Shown piece by piece: positions 41,463 to 52,506 of a stretch of DNA of 64,000 nucleotides; position 1 is the first letter of the stretch; each line of letters begins with the position of its first letter. This DNA comes from a candidate division FCPU426 bacterium (GTDB lineage: Bacteria > Oederibacteriota > Muellerivitia > Muellerivitales > Muellerivitaceae): NCBI GenBank assembly GCA_963847625.1, contig CAWKAR010000026.1:76083-140082 (forward strand), in the 5' to 3' direction. The notes beneath the pieces were generated by a model. The model was given only the letters and a program-made list of their open reading frames with translations. It made no database searches and was not told where the DNA came from. Made by a program: the position numbers and the translations under genes.

Positions 41463-42536
41463 TTAAGGCAGGTTCAAATCGTTCTGGGTGACCGGGCTCT
41501 GATAGGAGTTCTCTGAAGGCCTGGGAACGGGCTTTGGTTTTGGCTTGCGGTGCGGCGGTCTCAGCTTCTTCATGTACTTAATCGCAATCTCGTTATCCTT
41601 GTCATATTTCAAGGCTTTCCCGAAGTAAGTCAAAGCTGTCTTCTTGTGCTTATGAACATAATTAATCACGCCAATGATCGCGTAAGCGTTGGCGTATTTA
41701 AAGGAGGGGAACGATCTCTCATGAATTTTCAAGGCCTTTTGTAGATTGTCCACGGCTATAGTATATGACCCTTTTTTGAAAGCCGCGATACCCCGATCGT
41801 AATACCGCTTCATTCGGGAACCCCCGCCCGATTGGAACTCCGCCATGATTTCCTCGTTCGTTAATTTAGGCTTCGTGGGGGTTTCAATCTCTACAGTAAC
41901 TGCCGATGAGGGAGAAACTATCACGGGCGAAGCTGGAGTTGCCGTCGGCGTGGGGCTCGGAACTTCCGTGGGGGTCGGGGTTGGCTGCTCCGGTAAATCG
42001 GGGAAGGACCAGCTGATGCCGAATCGGACGTCCAAATATTGGAAATATTCAGGGGAAGGCTCCATCCAATGGTTTTGCACCACGAGGTCGAGATAAATCG
42101 GTTTAGCAACTAAAACCCTGCTTCCCAAACCCATGATCCAATCATATTTCCCGTCCCAACGCCCGGGTGAATCGGGAGCGGCGTTGATGCCGATTCCCCC
42201 CAACACATAGGGCTGGAAATTCTGGCTCCACTCCCCGAAGGGAAAAGTCCTGGCTTCGAAATTGAAAGTTTCCACCACAAAATTCGTTGCGGAATAAAAA
42301 GCCGTGTGTTCATAACTCAAACCGAGGGAAAGATTGCAGGATGGGTTCAATTCCCCCAAGGCGTTAAAACCGACCCCGTCGGTGTAACGATCTGCCAATT
42401 CCAAGGGTTCTATCGGCATTCCATAGATGCCAAAAAAGGAAATGGAAGCAGGTGGAACTTGTCTTGCGTGGGCGGGATTCAAGAGTGCGAATAAAAATGG
42501 TAAAAGTAAAAAGCGTAGTTTAAGTTTCAATTTCAA
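41463..42536 (-). CDS. Exported protein: small OM beta-barrel-like domain, Pro/Thr linker and TPR domain
   Basis: Signal peptide, amphipathic strands (QPYVLGGIG, DVRFGISWSF), PTPTPT linker and C-terminal TPR helices. Confidence 0.65.
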   Translation of the reverse strand: MKLKLKLRFLLLPFLFALLNPAHARQVPPASISFFGIYGMPIEPLELADRYTDGVGFNALGELNPSCNLSLGLSYEHTAFYSATNFVVETFNFEARTFPFGEWSQNFQPYVLGGIGINAAPDSPGRWDGKYDWIMGLGSRVLVAKPIYLDLVVQNHWMEPSPEYFQYLDVRFGISWSFPDLPEQPTPTPTEVPSPTPTATPASPVIVSPSSAVTVEIETPTKPKLTNEEIMAEFQSGGGSRMKRYYDRGIAAFKKGSYTIAVDNLQKALKIHERSFPSFKYANAYAIIGVINYVHKHKKTALTYFGKALKYDKDNEIAIKYMKKLRPPHRKPKPKPVPRPSENSYQSPVTQNDLNLP

Positions 42537-42553
42537 TCCTTAAGAGCGTTTTT

Positions 42554-43246
42554 TTACCGGTAACGTCTGACTTCCTTAAGATGCCTCAAGGCGGTCGGAT
42601 TTCGTCGTTCATACTTGAGGGCCTCATTGTAATAATCATAGGCGATGTGGTAATGGCCCTCCACGGGAAAATAAAACTGGTATATAACGCCTAGCATTGC
42701 GTTGGCCTCGGCATAATAAAATCTCCTGGTGTAACGATCATGCATGGTCAGGGATTTTTTCAAGTACCGGATGGCTTTTTCATAGTTTTTTCCCCCGTAC
42801 GCCTTCATGCCGGCTTCATAGACATCCCGCATTTTCAAAATTCCGTGCACTTGCAGGGCTAAAGGAGCCGATTCAAGGGAGGGATTCTTTTTAGGAGCCG
42901 ATTCGGTTGGGGCTTCTTCAGTTTGGGCTTCCTCGGTTTGGGTTTGGGCAGTACCCTCATTCTCAACCGCTGTTTCACCCTCGGAAGATGATTCTTCAGC
43001 TGCAGCCTCTTGAGAGGCAGTGGATTCGGGAACCGCTGTGGCTACGGGAACGGGGGTGTTAGTCTGGCTTAACTTGTTTTGTTGCGGATTCGATGCTTGC
43101 GGGACAGGCGTTGGGTTATTATCCCCCAAATCAATTTCAATGTCCGCGAATGCCCGGGATAAACCGATGGATAATATTCCCAATAAAAGTAAAAACCTCA
43201 AAGCGTTTATTTTTATTGAAAAACTGTCCCAGGAAAATAGTTTCAA
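42554..43246 (-). CDS. Exported TPR-domain protein with an acidic low-complexity linker
   Basis: Signal peptide ending in AFA, Glu/Thr/Ser-rich linker and TPR helices similar to those of the neighbouring gene. Confidence 0.65.
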   Translation of the reverse strand: MKLFSWDSFSIKINALRFLLLLGILSIGLSRAFADIEIDLGDNNPTPVPQASNPQQNKLSQTNTPVPVATAVPESTASQEAAAEESSSEGETAVENEGTAQTQTEEAQTEEAPTESAPKKNPSLESAPLALQVHGILKMRDVYEAGMKAYGGKNYEKAIRYLKKSLTMHDRYTRRFYYAEANAMLGVIYQFYFPVEGHYHIAYDYYNEALKYERRNPTALRHLKEVRRYR

Positions 43247-43331
43247 ACCCCACCTCCCGAATTCACCTAGAAGTTTAACAATTTTTCGAGGGTTTTTTTA
43301 TCAAAAAACACATGGTCAAACCCCTAAAAGA

Positions 43332-44645
43332 TCAATTCCCCTTGATTTCATTCAGGCTTTCTTCAGCCGATTTCACAATCTTTATTAGGTGTTCCCTTGT
43401 TAAAGCCGTGGAAAGGAACCAACATTCGAATTGGGAGGGAGGAAGGTAAACACCCCTTCCGAGCATGGCCCAAAAAAACTTGGCGAATTTCCCCTGATCG
43501 CATTCCTTGGCTTGGGCGTAATTTTCAACGGGCGCTTTCCTGAAAAACAACGTCGCCATGCTGCCCACCCTCTGGAAAACCGCCTCCGACGCGGTCTTCT
43601 GAATGGCGGCCCGGATCCCCTTTTCCAAATAAGAGGAAATCTCTTCTAAATAAGAGTATTTATTCCGGTAAGCCAGGGTTTTTAAGGTGGCGATTCCCGC
43701 GGCCATACAGACCGGATTTCCCGACAAAGTACCGGCCTGGTAAACCGGCCCCTCGGGGGAGATCTTTGACATCAGGTCTTCCCTGCCCCCATAGGCACCG
43801 ACGGGCATTCCGCCCCCGAGGATTTTACCCAAGGTCGTGAGATCGGGTTTTATCCCGTAAAGTTCCTGGGCCCCGCCATAAGCCACCCTGAATCCCGTCA
43901 TGACTTCATCGAAGATCAACAACGATCCGTTTTTTTGGGTCAAATCCCGAAGGCCTTGGAGGAACCCTTCCTTGGGCGGAACCAGTCCCATATTCCCCGC
44001 GACCGGTTCGACGATGACGGCCGCGATATCGTTGAAATTGGAAAAGGTTTCCTTGACCGCCGGAAGGTCGTTGTATGGAAGGCTTAAAGTAAGCGCGGCT
44101 ATTTCGGCGGGAACACCCGGACTGTCGGGCAATCCCAGGGTAGCCGGTCCGCTTCCGGCGGCGACCAGGAGGCTGTCCCCGTGGCCGTGGTAACAACCGT
44201 CAAACTTGACGATCCTATTTTTTCCCGTCGCGGCCCGGGCCAACCGGATGGCGCTGAAGGTGGCCTCTGTGCCGGAACTGACGAAGCGGATTTTCTCAAT
44301 GGAGGGATAGGCCTTCTTCACCAGGACCGCCAGGTTGTTTTCCAGGGGGGACGGCGCGCCGAAAGAGAAACCTTTTTTCAAAGCCTTCTGGGCGGCTTTG
44401 AATACCGGCCCTGGCACGTGTCCCAGAATCAAGGGCCCCCAGGACCCGACCAAATCAATATACCGGTTCCCATCCACATCCATCAGGTAGGGCCCCTTGC
44501 CCCGGTTGAAGAACAGGGGCGTTCCTCCCACACCTTGGAAAGCCCTGACCGGGCTGTTCACGCCTCCCACCAGGTTTTTCTTGGACTGTTCGAACAATTT
44601 AACCGATTTATTGAATTTTTTTTGCATTTCCAAATAGCCGCTCAT
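43332..44645 (-). CDS. hemL: Glutamate-1-semialdehyde 2,1-aminomutase
   Basis: GGVNSPVRAF, SGTEA, GCYHGHGD, FDEVMTGFR and YQAGTLSGNP. Confidence 0.96.
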   Translation of the reverse strand: MSGYLEMQKKFNKSVKLFEQSKKNLVGGVNSPVRAFQGVGGTPLFFNRGKGPYLMDVDGNRYIDLVGSWGPLILGHVPGPVFKAAQKALKKGFSFGAPSPLENNLAVLVKKAYPSIEKIRFVSSGTEATFSAIRLARAATGKNRIVKFDGCYHGHGDSLLVAAGSGPATLGLPDSPGVPAEIAALTLSLPYNDLPAVKETFSNFNDIAAVIVEPVAGNMGLVPPKEGFLQGLRDLTQKNGSLLIFDEVMTGFRVAYGGAQELYGIKPDLTTLGKILGGGMPVGAYGGREDLMSKISPEGPVYQAGTLSGNPVCMAAGIATLKTLAYRNKYSYLEEISSYLEKGIRAAIQKTASEAVFQRVGSMATLFFRKAPVENYAQAKECDQGKFAKFFWAMLGRGVYLPPSQFECWFLSTALTREHLIKIVKSAEESLNEIKGN

Positions 44646-44786
44646 TCTTCGGGATGTAAGGTCGAAAAAACTTCCGGGGTAGTTTAACCGAACCTAAATC
44701 GCATAACAATGAATGGCGGGTAAATCGGAGGGAGAAAGCCGATCAAAATCCAGGTGTCCATTGAAGGCTAAATGGGCGGTTCGATT

Positions 44787-47700
44787 TCACTTTAAGATTA
44801 ATAGTTTTACGACCGACCTGCTCTTGTTGGTTTGTACCACTAGGTAATAAATGCCGTCCGCCAGCGGTTGATTCCAAGAGTCCACCAATGGAATGGTAAT
44901 GACCCCCCAGACCATAGAGGGATAATTTATTTCCTGAACCTTTCGGAAGGCAATGGTGAAGATTTGCACTTTTACCGTTGAAAGCCCCGAGTAAGCCGGG
45001 GGCAGGATGCTGACCGTCGTTCCATTCGCGGGATTGGGATACACGATGCACGTCGCCACCGGCGTTAGAACCGGAGTTAAGGTGGATGTTCTTGTTGTGG
45101 TGTTCGTCGGTGTCCCAGAGGTAATGGTGTTGGTCAGTGTCTGTGTTGGTGTCGACGTGGGAGTCGGGGTATCTATGTAGGTCGGAGTATTTGTGAGCGT
45201 CAGCGTGTAAGTCGATGTAGGCGGCCCCGTGAAGGTGTAAGTCGGCGTATTCGACGGTGTGGAGGTTAAGGTGCTGGTGGGCGTGTTGGTCGGGCATCCC
45301 GTGGGTGTCAAGGTGAAGGTTGGCGTTTGAGTTGGCGGGGGCGTGACCGATGGAGTGTTAGTCACCGTAGATGTCATCGTTGCCGTATCCGTGATTACGA
45401 CGGGTGTATTAGTTATTGTCTGTGTGGACGTGTTCGTCGGAGTGTTCGTGGGCAGTAACCCGCCTCCGGTCGAGGTTGGGGTGACAGTAGGGGTACTTGT
45501 AGGTGTGAACGTAGGTGTAAAGGTTGGTGTGTTTGTTGGGCATCCCGTGGGTGTCAAGGTGAAGGTTAGTGTTTGCGTCGGAGTGGATGTTCCAGTGGGT
45601 GTAATCGTGGGTGGCTGTGTGGGAGGAATCCCCGTGGTGAATGTGGGGGTTTCTGTGGGTGTCAATGTTGGCGTGAAAGTGTTCGTTGGGGTGTAAGTGT
45701 ACGTCAAAGTCATCACCCCAGAGGTGAGAGTCGGTGTCGGCGTTCGAGTCGGGGTATTGGTCGGAGTAGAGGTGGGTGTAATAGTTGGGGTAGGCGTAGG
45801 TGTATTTGTCCGGGTTCGAGTCTGGGTATTGGTCGGAGTGTTCGTCGGGGTGTTCGTATAGATCGGCCCACCTCCAGTCGGAGTTGGTGTGACAGTTGAA
45901 GTAATTGTCGGTGTGAACGTTGGCGTAAAGGTTGGTGTGTTCGTTGGGCACCCAGTGGGTGTTGCCGAAGAGGTTGGCGTCGGTGTGGGGGTTGTTGTGC
46001 GTGTGGGTGTGTTGGTTGGAGTATTCGTTGGCGAGGTTGACCCGGTCGGGGTTAGTGTCGGTGTTAATGTATTGGTCTTCGTATTCGTCGGTGTGGGAGT
46101 CGGGGTAATAGTCGAAGTAATGGTGAATGTATAAGTGGGAACGCCCGTCGGCCATGGTGTGTAAGTATTGGTGAAAGTGGGAGTAACCGTAGGCGTCGAG
46201 GTTCGGGTGACAGTCGGGGTATTCGTCAGCGTTGGTGTCGGCGTTTTAGTCGAAGTGTGAGTCGATGTCAAAGTGTTCGTCGGTGTATTCGTAATTGTAG
46301 AGGTTTTCGTTAAAGTGGGCGTCGACGTCCCAGTCGGGGTACTGGTCGAAGTTAGAGTAATAGTCGGGGTCGGCGTATAAGTCAGTGTCGGTGTGTTCGT
46401 TAGCGTAGGAGTATTCGTAGAACTAGATGTATTAGTGGGTGTATTGGTCGGGGTCGGAGTAGAAGTGGATGTATAAGTAGGAACACCTGTCGGCCAAGGT
46501 GTGGGACTATTAGTGTCGGTGGGCGTGGAGGTGGATGTCGCTGTTGGAGTGTTGGTCGGCGTACTTGTCGATGTGTTCGTGGATGTGCTGGTGGGCGTAA
46601 TTGTTCGCGTTGGCGTGGGCGTGCTCGTGGGCGTGTTGGTTGGCGTAGACGTGGGGGTGGCGGTGGACGTTTTCGTTTGTGTAGGGGTATTGGTGATTGT
46701 CGGAGTATTGGTGAAAGTATAGGTGGGAACACCTGTCGGCCATGGCGTAAAACTATTGGTGATGGTGAGTGTCAGGGTAATCGTCGACGTCAGTGTGATG
46801 GTGGATGTCGGAGTAATCGTTGGAGTAGAAGTTGGAGTAAAGGTGGTGGTGGAAGTAGGTGTGTTTGTCGGAGTCAAGGTGATAGTTGGTGTTGAAGTGA
46901 AAGTCGGGGTTAGGGTAACAGTTGGCGTGGAAGTAGAAGTAAAGGTGAAGGTGAGTGTGGGCGTCTCTGTCGGAGTCGGAGTATTGGTGAAAGTATAAGT
47001 GGGAATACCTGTCGGCCATATTGTAGGACTATCGGTGATGGTTGGGGTGACTGTGGGTGTGAACGTCAAAGTATTCGTTCGAGTGGGTGTTGGCGTGCGG
47101 GTGGGTGTATTGGTCGGGGTGTTCGTTGGCGATGTGGTGCCGGTCGGGCTGGGAATCGGCGAGGGCGTGTTCGTGGGCGTGTTGGTTGGCGTAGGCGTGG
47201 GGGTGATGGTGGGTGTGGGAGTTGGCGTAGGAGTGGGCGTACGGGTCGGTGTGTTCGTCGGGCATCCCGTGGGTGTCAGGGTGTTCGTTGGGGTTCGTGT
47301 CGGTGTTCGCGTCGGCGTGTTCGTCGGTGTGTTTGTTAAGGTCGTCCCACCGGTTGGAGTTGATGTGACAGAAAAAGTGTTTGTAGGGGTGAACGTAGGC
47401 GTAAAGGTTCGTGTGTTCGTCGGGCACCCCGTAGGTGTCACTGAGTAGGTTGGCGTCGGTGTCCGTGTCGGCGTATTCGTGGGCAGCAACCCGCCTCCGG
47501 TCGGTGTTGGTGTGACAGTAAAAGTACTTGTAGGGGTGAACGTACGCGTAAACGTCGGCGTGTTCGTCGGGCACCCAGTGGGTGTCACGGTTAAGGTTGA
47601 GGTTCGTGTCGGCGTAATCGTCGACGTGGGCGTGTTCGGCGGAGTAGGCGTGTTGGTCTGGGTCATAACGCCTGGGGTATTAGTGGCAGTGGGGGTAGGC

Positions 47701-49295
47701 GTCGGCGTACTGGTCGAAGTTTTCGTGCTTGTGGGCGTCCCACACGAAGTGGGGGTGGCGGTTTTGGTTGGCGTCCAAGTCGATGTTTGCGTCGGCGTGA
47801 TCGTCGGCGTGGGCGTGTTTGTAGACGTAGAATTTGTTGTGGGGGTAGGGGTAGAAGTCAAGGCAGGGGTGATGCTTGGGTCAATTGTGGGAATTAGGGT
47901 ATTCGTTGGCGTTGGCGTTCGCGTGGGCGTGTTCGGCGGAGTCGGGGTATTAGTTGGGCATCCTGTTGGTGTCAACGTAAAAGTTGGTGTAGGGGTGTAC
48001 GTATTGGTCGGACAACCTGTTGGTGTCACTGTGTAAGTTGGTGTCCGTGTCGGCGTAGAGGGCGGCGAGGAGGTTGGCGTGGAGGTAAACGTGGCTGTCG
48101 AAGTTCCAGGATCAAAGGTAGAAGTTGGCGTAAAGGAAAAAGTAGGGGTACTAGTGTATGTGTAGGTATACGTGGGAGTAATATTATGGGTAGGGGTGAA
48201 GATAGGACGGCTCACCGTCGCCGGGTTTGAGTTCGCGGTTCCGCCGGAATAGGCCACGCTGGCGGTATCGACGACCGTCTGGCCTTGGTTCCCCGCCCAG
48301 TAAAAATCCTCCATGCTGGCGAGAAGAGTCACGCAGGAATTCCCCGCAAAGTCCACCCAACTCGCGGGGGTCCCGCCGCTGGCCATGGGTATGGGCCAGC
48401 TGGCTAGCCCGCCGGAAAGAATGGAAGTGGGGGAAACGGACGGCATAAGCCAACCGATCATGTTGAAAGCCGTGCCGCCTGACTGCGTGTCGGTGAGGGT
48501 CACGTCCCCGTTTGATACGGCCCCCCCGTTGTCACAGACCACGACTTGGAAGGTCACGAACATATCCCCGCCGGCTTCGTCCGCCGAGACAAGGCTTTTC
48601 GTAATGTTGAACGTCGCCGGACCCGCGACCGGCCCGTTAGAGGGGATAGTCATGGCTTGGGAGAAGAAAAGAGCGCCCCCGCAGTTGCTGGTGCTATAGG
48701 CTCCGGTGCTGTCAGATGAAACAAAAGGAACTTGCTTGCCCGTGACGGGATTGAAAATAGGTTGGGCCCAACAACAATAACCGGAGCTGGTGCTGACGGA
48801 TACGGGGGACGTCCAGCCTGTGGTGGTGTAGTTGGTCGCGTACCAGTTGCTTGCCGGTGGAGTGGCCGGATTTCCGGAACTCACATAATCCATGGATACC
48901 CCGCTGCTTCCGCTGGTAATCTCGGAATGCTGTGCGTTGGAACAAGTGATGTCCAAATCCCATGCGGCGTAGAGGTTATTGCAGGAAGTGTTTTGGGTAT
49001 AGACAGCAATATAAACTTGGCTGCCGGTTAAAAGGGATGTAGGAACAGTTAAACAACCCGGAGGGCAGGATCCGGAGCCGTCCCAATTGCAATAATTGAC
49101 CATGCCCAAATAAACTCCGCCGACATAAACCTGTGACCAATCGTCGCTAGAAACGCAGATTTTTGCCGTGGTGGGTGTGCATTGGGCCAGGGTTTGGGAA
49201 GGAGACAACCATCCAAAAATAAAAAACCCCAGCAGCCCAATATAGAGCACGGGGTGTTTGAGTAATTTTAATTTGGAAAGAAAACTTAACATCAA
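44787..49295 (-). CDS. Giant secreted Thr/Pro-rich (mucin-like) surface protein with a T9SS type-A-like C-terminal domain
   Basis: Signal peptide, Cys-rich globular N-terminus, >1000 aa of T-x dipeptide repeats, and a C-terminal IVYPNP...LADGIYYL...KLLILK domain. Confidence 0.8.
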   Translation of the reverse strand: MMLSFLSKLKLLKHPVLYIGLLGFFIFGWLSPSQTLAQCTPTTAKICVSSDDWSQVYVGGVYLGMVNYCNWDGSGSCPPGCLTVPTSLLTGSQVYIAVYTQNTSCNNLYAAWDLDITCSNAQHSEITSGSSGVSMDYVSSGNPATPPASNWYATNYTTTGWTSPVSVSTSSGYCCWAQPIFNPVTGKQVPFVSSDSTGAYSTSNCGGALFFSQAMTIPSNGPVAGPATFNITKSLVSADEAGGDMFVTFQVVVCDNGGAVSNGDVTLTDTQSGGTAFNMIGWLMPSVSPTSILSGGLASWPIPMASGGTPASWVDFAGNSCVTLLASMEDFYWAGNQGQTVVDTASVAYSGGTANSNPATVSRPIFTPTHNITPTYTYTYTSTPTFSFTPTSTFDPGTSTATFTSTPTSSPPSTPTRTPTYTVTPTGCPTNTYTPTPTFTLTPTGCPTNTPTPPNTPTRTPTPTNTLIPTIDPSITPALTSTPTPTTNSTSTNTPTPTITPTQTSTWTPTKTATPTSCGTPTSTKTSTSTPTPTPTATNTPGVMTQTNTPTPPNTPTSTITPTRTSTLTVTPTGCPTNTPTFTRTFTPTSTFTVTPTPTGGGLLPTNTPTRTPTPTYSVTPTGCPTNTRTFTPTFTPTNTFSVTSTPTGGTTLTNTPTNTPTRTPTRTPTNTLTPTGCPTNTPTRTPTPTPTPTPTITPTPTPTNTPTNTPSPIPSPTGTTSPTNTPTNTPTRTPTPTRTNTLTFTPTVTPTITDSPTIWPTGIPTYTFTNTPTPTETPTLTFTFTSTSTPTVTLTPTFTSTPTITLTPTNTPTSTTTFTPTSTPTITPTSTITLTSTITLTLTITNSFTPWPTGVPTYTFTNTPTITNTPTQTKTSTATPTSTPTNTPTSTPTPTRTITPTSTSTNTSTSTPTNTPTATSTSTPTDTNSPTPWPTGVPTYTSTSTPTPTNTPTNTSSSTNTPTLTNTPTLTYTPTPTITLTSTSTPTGTSTPTLTKTSTITNTPTNTLTSTHTSTKTPTPTLTNTPTVTRTSTPTVTPTFTNTYTPWPTGVPTYTFTITSTITPTPTPTNTKTNTLTPTLTPTGSTSPTNTPTNTPTRTTTPTPTPTSSATPTGCPTNTPTFTPTFTPTITSTVTPTPTGGGPIYTNTPTNTPTNTQTRTRTNTPTPTPTITPTSTPTNTPTRTPTPTLTSGVMTLTYTYTPTNTFTPTLTPTETPTFTTGIPPTQPPTITPTGTSTPTQTLTFTLTPTGCPTNTPTFTPTFTPTSTPTVTPTSTGGGLLPTNTPTNTSTQTITNTPVVITDTATMTSTVTNTPSVTPPPTQTPTFTLTPTGCPTNTPTSTLTSTPSNTPTYTFTGPPTSTYTLTLTNTPTYIDTPTPTSTPTQTLTNTITSGTPTNTTTRTSTLTPVLTPVATCIVYPNPANGTTVSILPPAYSGLSTVKVQIFTIAFRKVQEINYPSMVWGVITIPLVDSWNQPLADGIYYLVVQTNKSRSVVKLLILK

Positions 49296-49681
49296 TTTTT
49301 ACTCCGGATACACGCAACGAAATATTGATAATAATGTACCTCTCTTTTCACGATATTGGTATAGAACACCTAACAAATTTGTGTCCCGGTGACGTTGGCA
49401 GGGATATAAGGGTCTGTAAACCCAGCGATATTTTTGTTTTATCGTTTCAACAGTATTTTCAGGTGGTTATTAAGTTTGCTTATAGGCCATTAACATTTAA
49501 TGGAAATAGAACTACTATTCGACACCCCGATTACAATAACCGTTCCTGATGATAAAAAATTGGGAGACTATACCTTCACGACACGTAAAGAAATTTTTTT
49601 TACCGCAGATAACGACCGACGTGCTCCGCACGTGCCGATAACGGCTTATAGTTTAAGGCTTTCTCAAACTTATCGGCGTCC

Positions 49682-49897
49682 ATGCCACTTCACTATTGAA
49701 AGGATTTCAAATGAAAGTGGTATTGTCCCGCAATCCATTAACTCCTTTATGGAGATGCGGGACATCGGATTTGATCGGCGGTTCCATGTCTTTTTGCTTT
49801 TACCGGCTGCAAAGGCCCCGGGTTTACCCGGAGGCCTAGCCGTGTACTTGGGCGGGATTCCATGCCCCGCCCAAGTGGCGACCCGAAGGGTCGTCCC
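49682..49897. repeat. Series of extragenic hairpins (REP-like)
   Basis: ATGCCACTT..AAGTGGTAT, TGTCCCGCA..TGCGGGACA, CGGCT..AGCCG (49804-49842), ACTTGGGCGGG..CCCGCCCAAGT and CGACCC-GAA-GGGTCG. Confidence 0.55.
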
Positions 49898-49945
49898 TTG
49901 ACTTGTTGTAAAGGGATACTTACCAAAAATCGTGTCAAAAGGATC

Positions 49946-52450
49946 ATGAAAATGCGAACTTTCCGATATACGTTTTTAGCTGTCCTGCTTTTCGCTCCCG
50001 GTATTCTTGCCACGGCAGAAACCGCGCCCGACAAGGCGGAAAACCGGGTCGAATCCATCCTGAAGAAAATGACCCTCGAGGAGAAGATTGATTACGTCGG
50101 CGGGTTCAACTCCTTTTATATCCGCGCGGTTCCCCGGCTTAAATTGCCCGCCTTGAAGATGTCCGACGGTCCGATTGGCGTGCGCAATTACGGGCCCTCC
50201 ACTGCCTATGCCGCCGGGATCGCCCTGGCGGCGTCCTGGGACACGGACCTGGCCGGGCGAGTGGGAGGAATGATCGGCCACGAGGCGCGCGCGCGCGGGG
50301 TGCATTTCATGCTGGGCCCCGGCGTGAACATCTACCGGGCCCCCATGTGCGGGCGCAATTTCGAGTACTTCGGCGAGGATCCTTTTCTCGCCTCCCGTAT
50401 GGTCGTGGCTTACGTGAAGGGAATGCAGGAGCAGGGCGTGAGCGCCACGGTCAAGCACTTCATGGGCAACAACTCGGAATTCGACCGCCACAACACGAGT
50501 TCGGACATGGACGAGCGCACGATGCGGGAGATCTACCTCCCCACCTTCGAGGCCGCCGTGAAGGAGGCGCGCGTGGGCGCGATCATGGACTCCTACAACC
50601 TGGTAAACGGCATCCACTCGACCCAGAACGATTTTCTCAACAACCAGTTGGTCAAGAAGGAATGGAATTTTGACGGCGTCATCATGTCGGATTGGGACGC
50701 GACCTACGACGGGGTGGCCGCGGCCAACGCCGGGCTGGACCTGGAAATGCCATCGGGCAAGTTCATGAACCGGGATACGCTGATTCCCGCGGTCAAGGAA
50801 GGCAAGGTTTCGGAGGCGACCCTGAACGACAAGGTGAGGCGAATCCTGCGCACGGCGGTGCGTTTCGGGTGGCTCGACCGCGATCAAACCGACCACGGCT
50901 TTCCCCTCTTCAACGAAAAGGGGCGCAAGCTGGCGCTCGAAACGGCGCAATCCAGCATGGTGCTGTTGAAAAATCAGGCAAATTTACTGCCATTGGACAA
51001 GGAGAAGGTCAAAACGCTGGCGGTGATCGGCCCCGACGCCTACCCGGCCGTGCCGGTGGGCGGCGGAAGCGCGAAAGTGCAACCGTTCCAGTCGGTGAGC
51101 TACCTGGAGGGGTTGAGCCAGTACCTGTCCGGAAGCGCCGTGGTTTATTACAACCGGGGACTCATGCCGATGGGCGCGATTTACGATTTGACGGAATTCG
51201 CGGCCGATGCCAAGGACGACCAATCGGGCCTCAAGGGCGAATACTTCAACAACCCCGAATTGAGCGGGGAGCCTGCCCTCACCCGCAACGATCCACATGT
51301 CAATTTCTCCTGGGATCGCCCGAACAACTGGCCCACCGGCAGCACCGCGCATGATTTCTCGGCCCGCTGGACGGGGTATTACTTCCCATCCACCGACGGT
51401 CCCTACCGCTTCGCGGTTTCCACCTATGGGCTGGATGAATACCGCCTCTACGTCAACGGCATGCTCCTGGAGGACCGCAAGGACCAGAAACAACCCATCT
51501 CGCTGAAAGAGATGGAACTCAAGGCCGGCAAAAGTTATGCGTTGCGCCTGGAGTACATCCATCGCGACCACCATGCCAGGCTGAGTTTCGGCATCCGCCG
51601 GGCCGACCTATTCTTCGATCCGGAGGCGAAGGAACTGGTGTCACGCGCGGACGCGGCGGTGGTCCTCGCCGGTTTCGACCCGAACATTGAGGGCGAAGGT
51701 TTCGACCGGACGTTCCAACTGCCCGAGGGCCAGGACGCGCTCATCAATGCCGTTCTCGACGCTAACAAGAATACCGCGGTGGTGATCACGTCGGGGGGTG
51801 CCGTGGATATGACAAAGTGGGTCGACCGGGCACCCGCGGTCCTGGAGGCCTGGTACGCGGGCCAAGAGGGCGGCACGGCGCTGGCCCATATTCTTTTCGG
51901 GGACGTTAATCCTTCCGGCAAACTGCCGGCGACCTTCGAGCGCCGGTGGGAAGACAGCGCGGTCCATGACAGCTATTACGCCGATTCCAAAAAGCATGTC
52001 CGCTATTCCGAGGGCGTGTTCCTCGGTTACCGGCATTTTGACAAGGCGGGCGTGAAACCCCTGTTTCCCTTCGGTTTCGGCCTGTCCTACACCACGTTTA
52101 AATACGGTGGCCTTTCCATCACTCCCGATTCGGCGCAAGGCGACGAGCCTGTCACGGTCTCATTCGACGTGACCAACACGGGCGGGCGCGCGGGGGCGGA
52201 GGTGGCGGAGGTTTATGTCGGTGACAGTCATTCCGGCGTGCCGCGCCCGGTGAAGGAATTAAAAGCGTTCGCCAAGGTGGATTTGCAGCCGGGCAAGACC
52301 AAGGGGGTGACCGTGGCCCTCGACCGCCGTTCATTCTCCTATTTCGATGAGAAATCCAAACAATGGAAAGCGGACCCGGGAGCCTTCAATATATTGGTGG
52401 GTTCCTCGTCGCAAAAAATCGAGTTGACGGGCAAGCTGGAACTGCATTGA
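49946..52450 (+). CDS. GH3 beta-glucosidase with PA14 and Fn3-like domains, exported
   Basis: SDGPIGVR, GRNFEYFGEDP, KHF, MSDW nucleophile motif, GEYFNN PA14 insert and FPFGFGLSYT. Confidence 0.93.
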   Translation: MKMRTFRYTFLAVLLFAPGILATAETAPDKAENRVESILKKMTLEEKIDYVGGFNSFYIRAVPRLKLPALKMSDGPIGVRNYGPSTAYAAGIALAASWDTDLAGRVGGMIGHEARARGVHFMLGPGVNIYRAPMCGRNFEYFGEDPFLASRMVVAYVKGMQEQGVSATVKHFMGNNSEFDRHNTSSDMDERTMREIYLPTFEAAVKEARVGAIMDSYNLVNGIHSTQNDFLNNQLVKKEWNFDGVIMSDWDATYDGVAAANAGLDLEMPSGKFMNRDTLIPAVKEGKVSEATLNDKVRRILRTAVRFGWLDRDQTDHGFPLFNEKGRKLALETAQSSMVLLKNQANLLPLDKEKVKTLAVIGPDAYPAVPVGGGSAKVQPFQSVSYLEGLSQYLSGSAVVYYNRGLMPMGAIYDLTEFAADAKDDQSGLKGEYFNNPELSGEPALTRNDPHVNFSWDRPNNWPTGSTAHDFSARWTGYYFPSTDGPYRFAVSTYGLDEYRLYVNGMLLEDRKDQKQPISLKEMELKAGKSYALRLEYIHRDHHARLSFGIRRADLFFDPEAKELVSRADAAVVLAGFDPNIEGEGFDRTFQLPEGQDALINAVLDANKNTAVVITSGGAVDMTKWVDRAPAVLEAWYAGQEGGTALAHILFGDVNPSGKLPATFERRWEDSAVHDSYYADSKKHVRYSEGVFLGYRHFDKAGVKPLFPFGFGLSYTTFKYGGLSITPDSAQGDEPVTVSFDVTNTGGRAGAEVAEVYVGDSHSGVPRPVKELKAFAKVDLQPGKTKGVTVALDRRSFSYFDEKSKQWKADPGAFNILVGSSSQKIELTGKLELH

Positions 52451-52506
52451 ATAAGTCAAATATGATTTCTCGATCAGGATTTAAGACTGACCTTCATCAT
52501 TAACGA

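Noticed and set aside
45343..48036. Val/Gly-rich plus-strand ORFs and His-rich alternate-frame ORFs
   Set aside because: These are by-products of the Thr/Pro codon repeats of the large minus-strand gene.
49634..49677. Two GCCGATAA boxes as sigma-28 promoters
   Set aside because: They match the -10 consensus but neither has TAAA at the right distance; they face each other and are more simply read as a hairpin.
49800..49845. c-di-GMP-I riboswitch upstream of the GH3 gene
   Set aside because: GCAAAG is present, but the region forms a single hairpin without the P2 GNRA/receptor arrangement.
49325..49901. Small ORFs 49325..49549 and 49500..49901
   Set aside because: They lie in an AT-rich divergent promoter and hairpin region, with no clear RBS or motifs.
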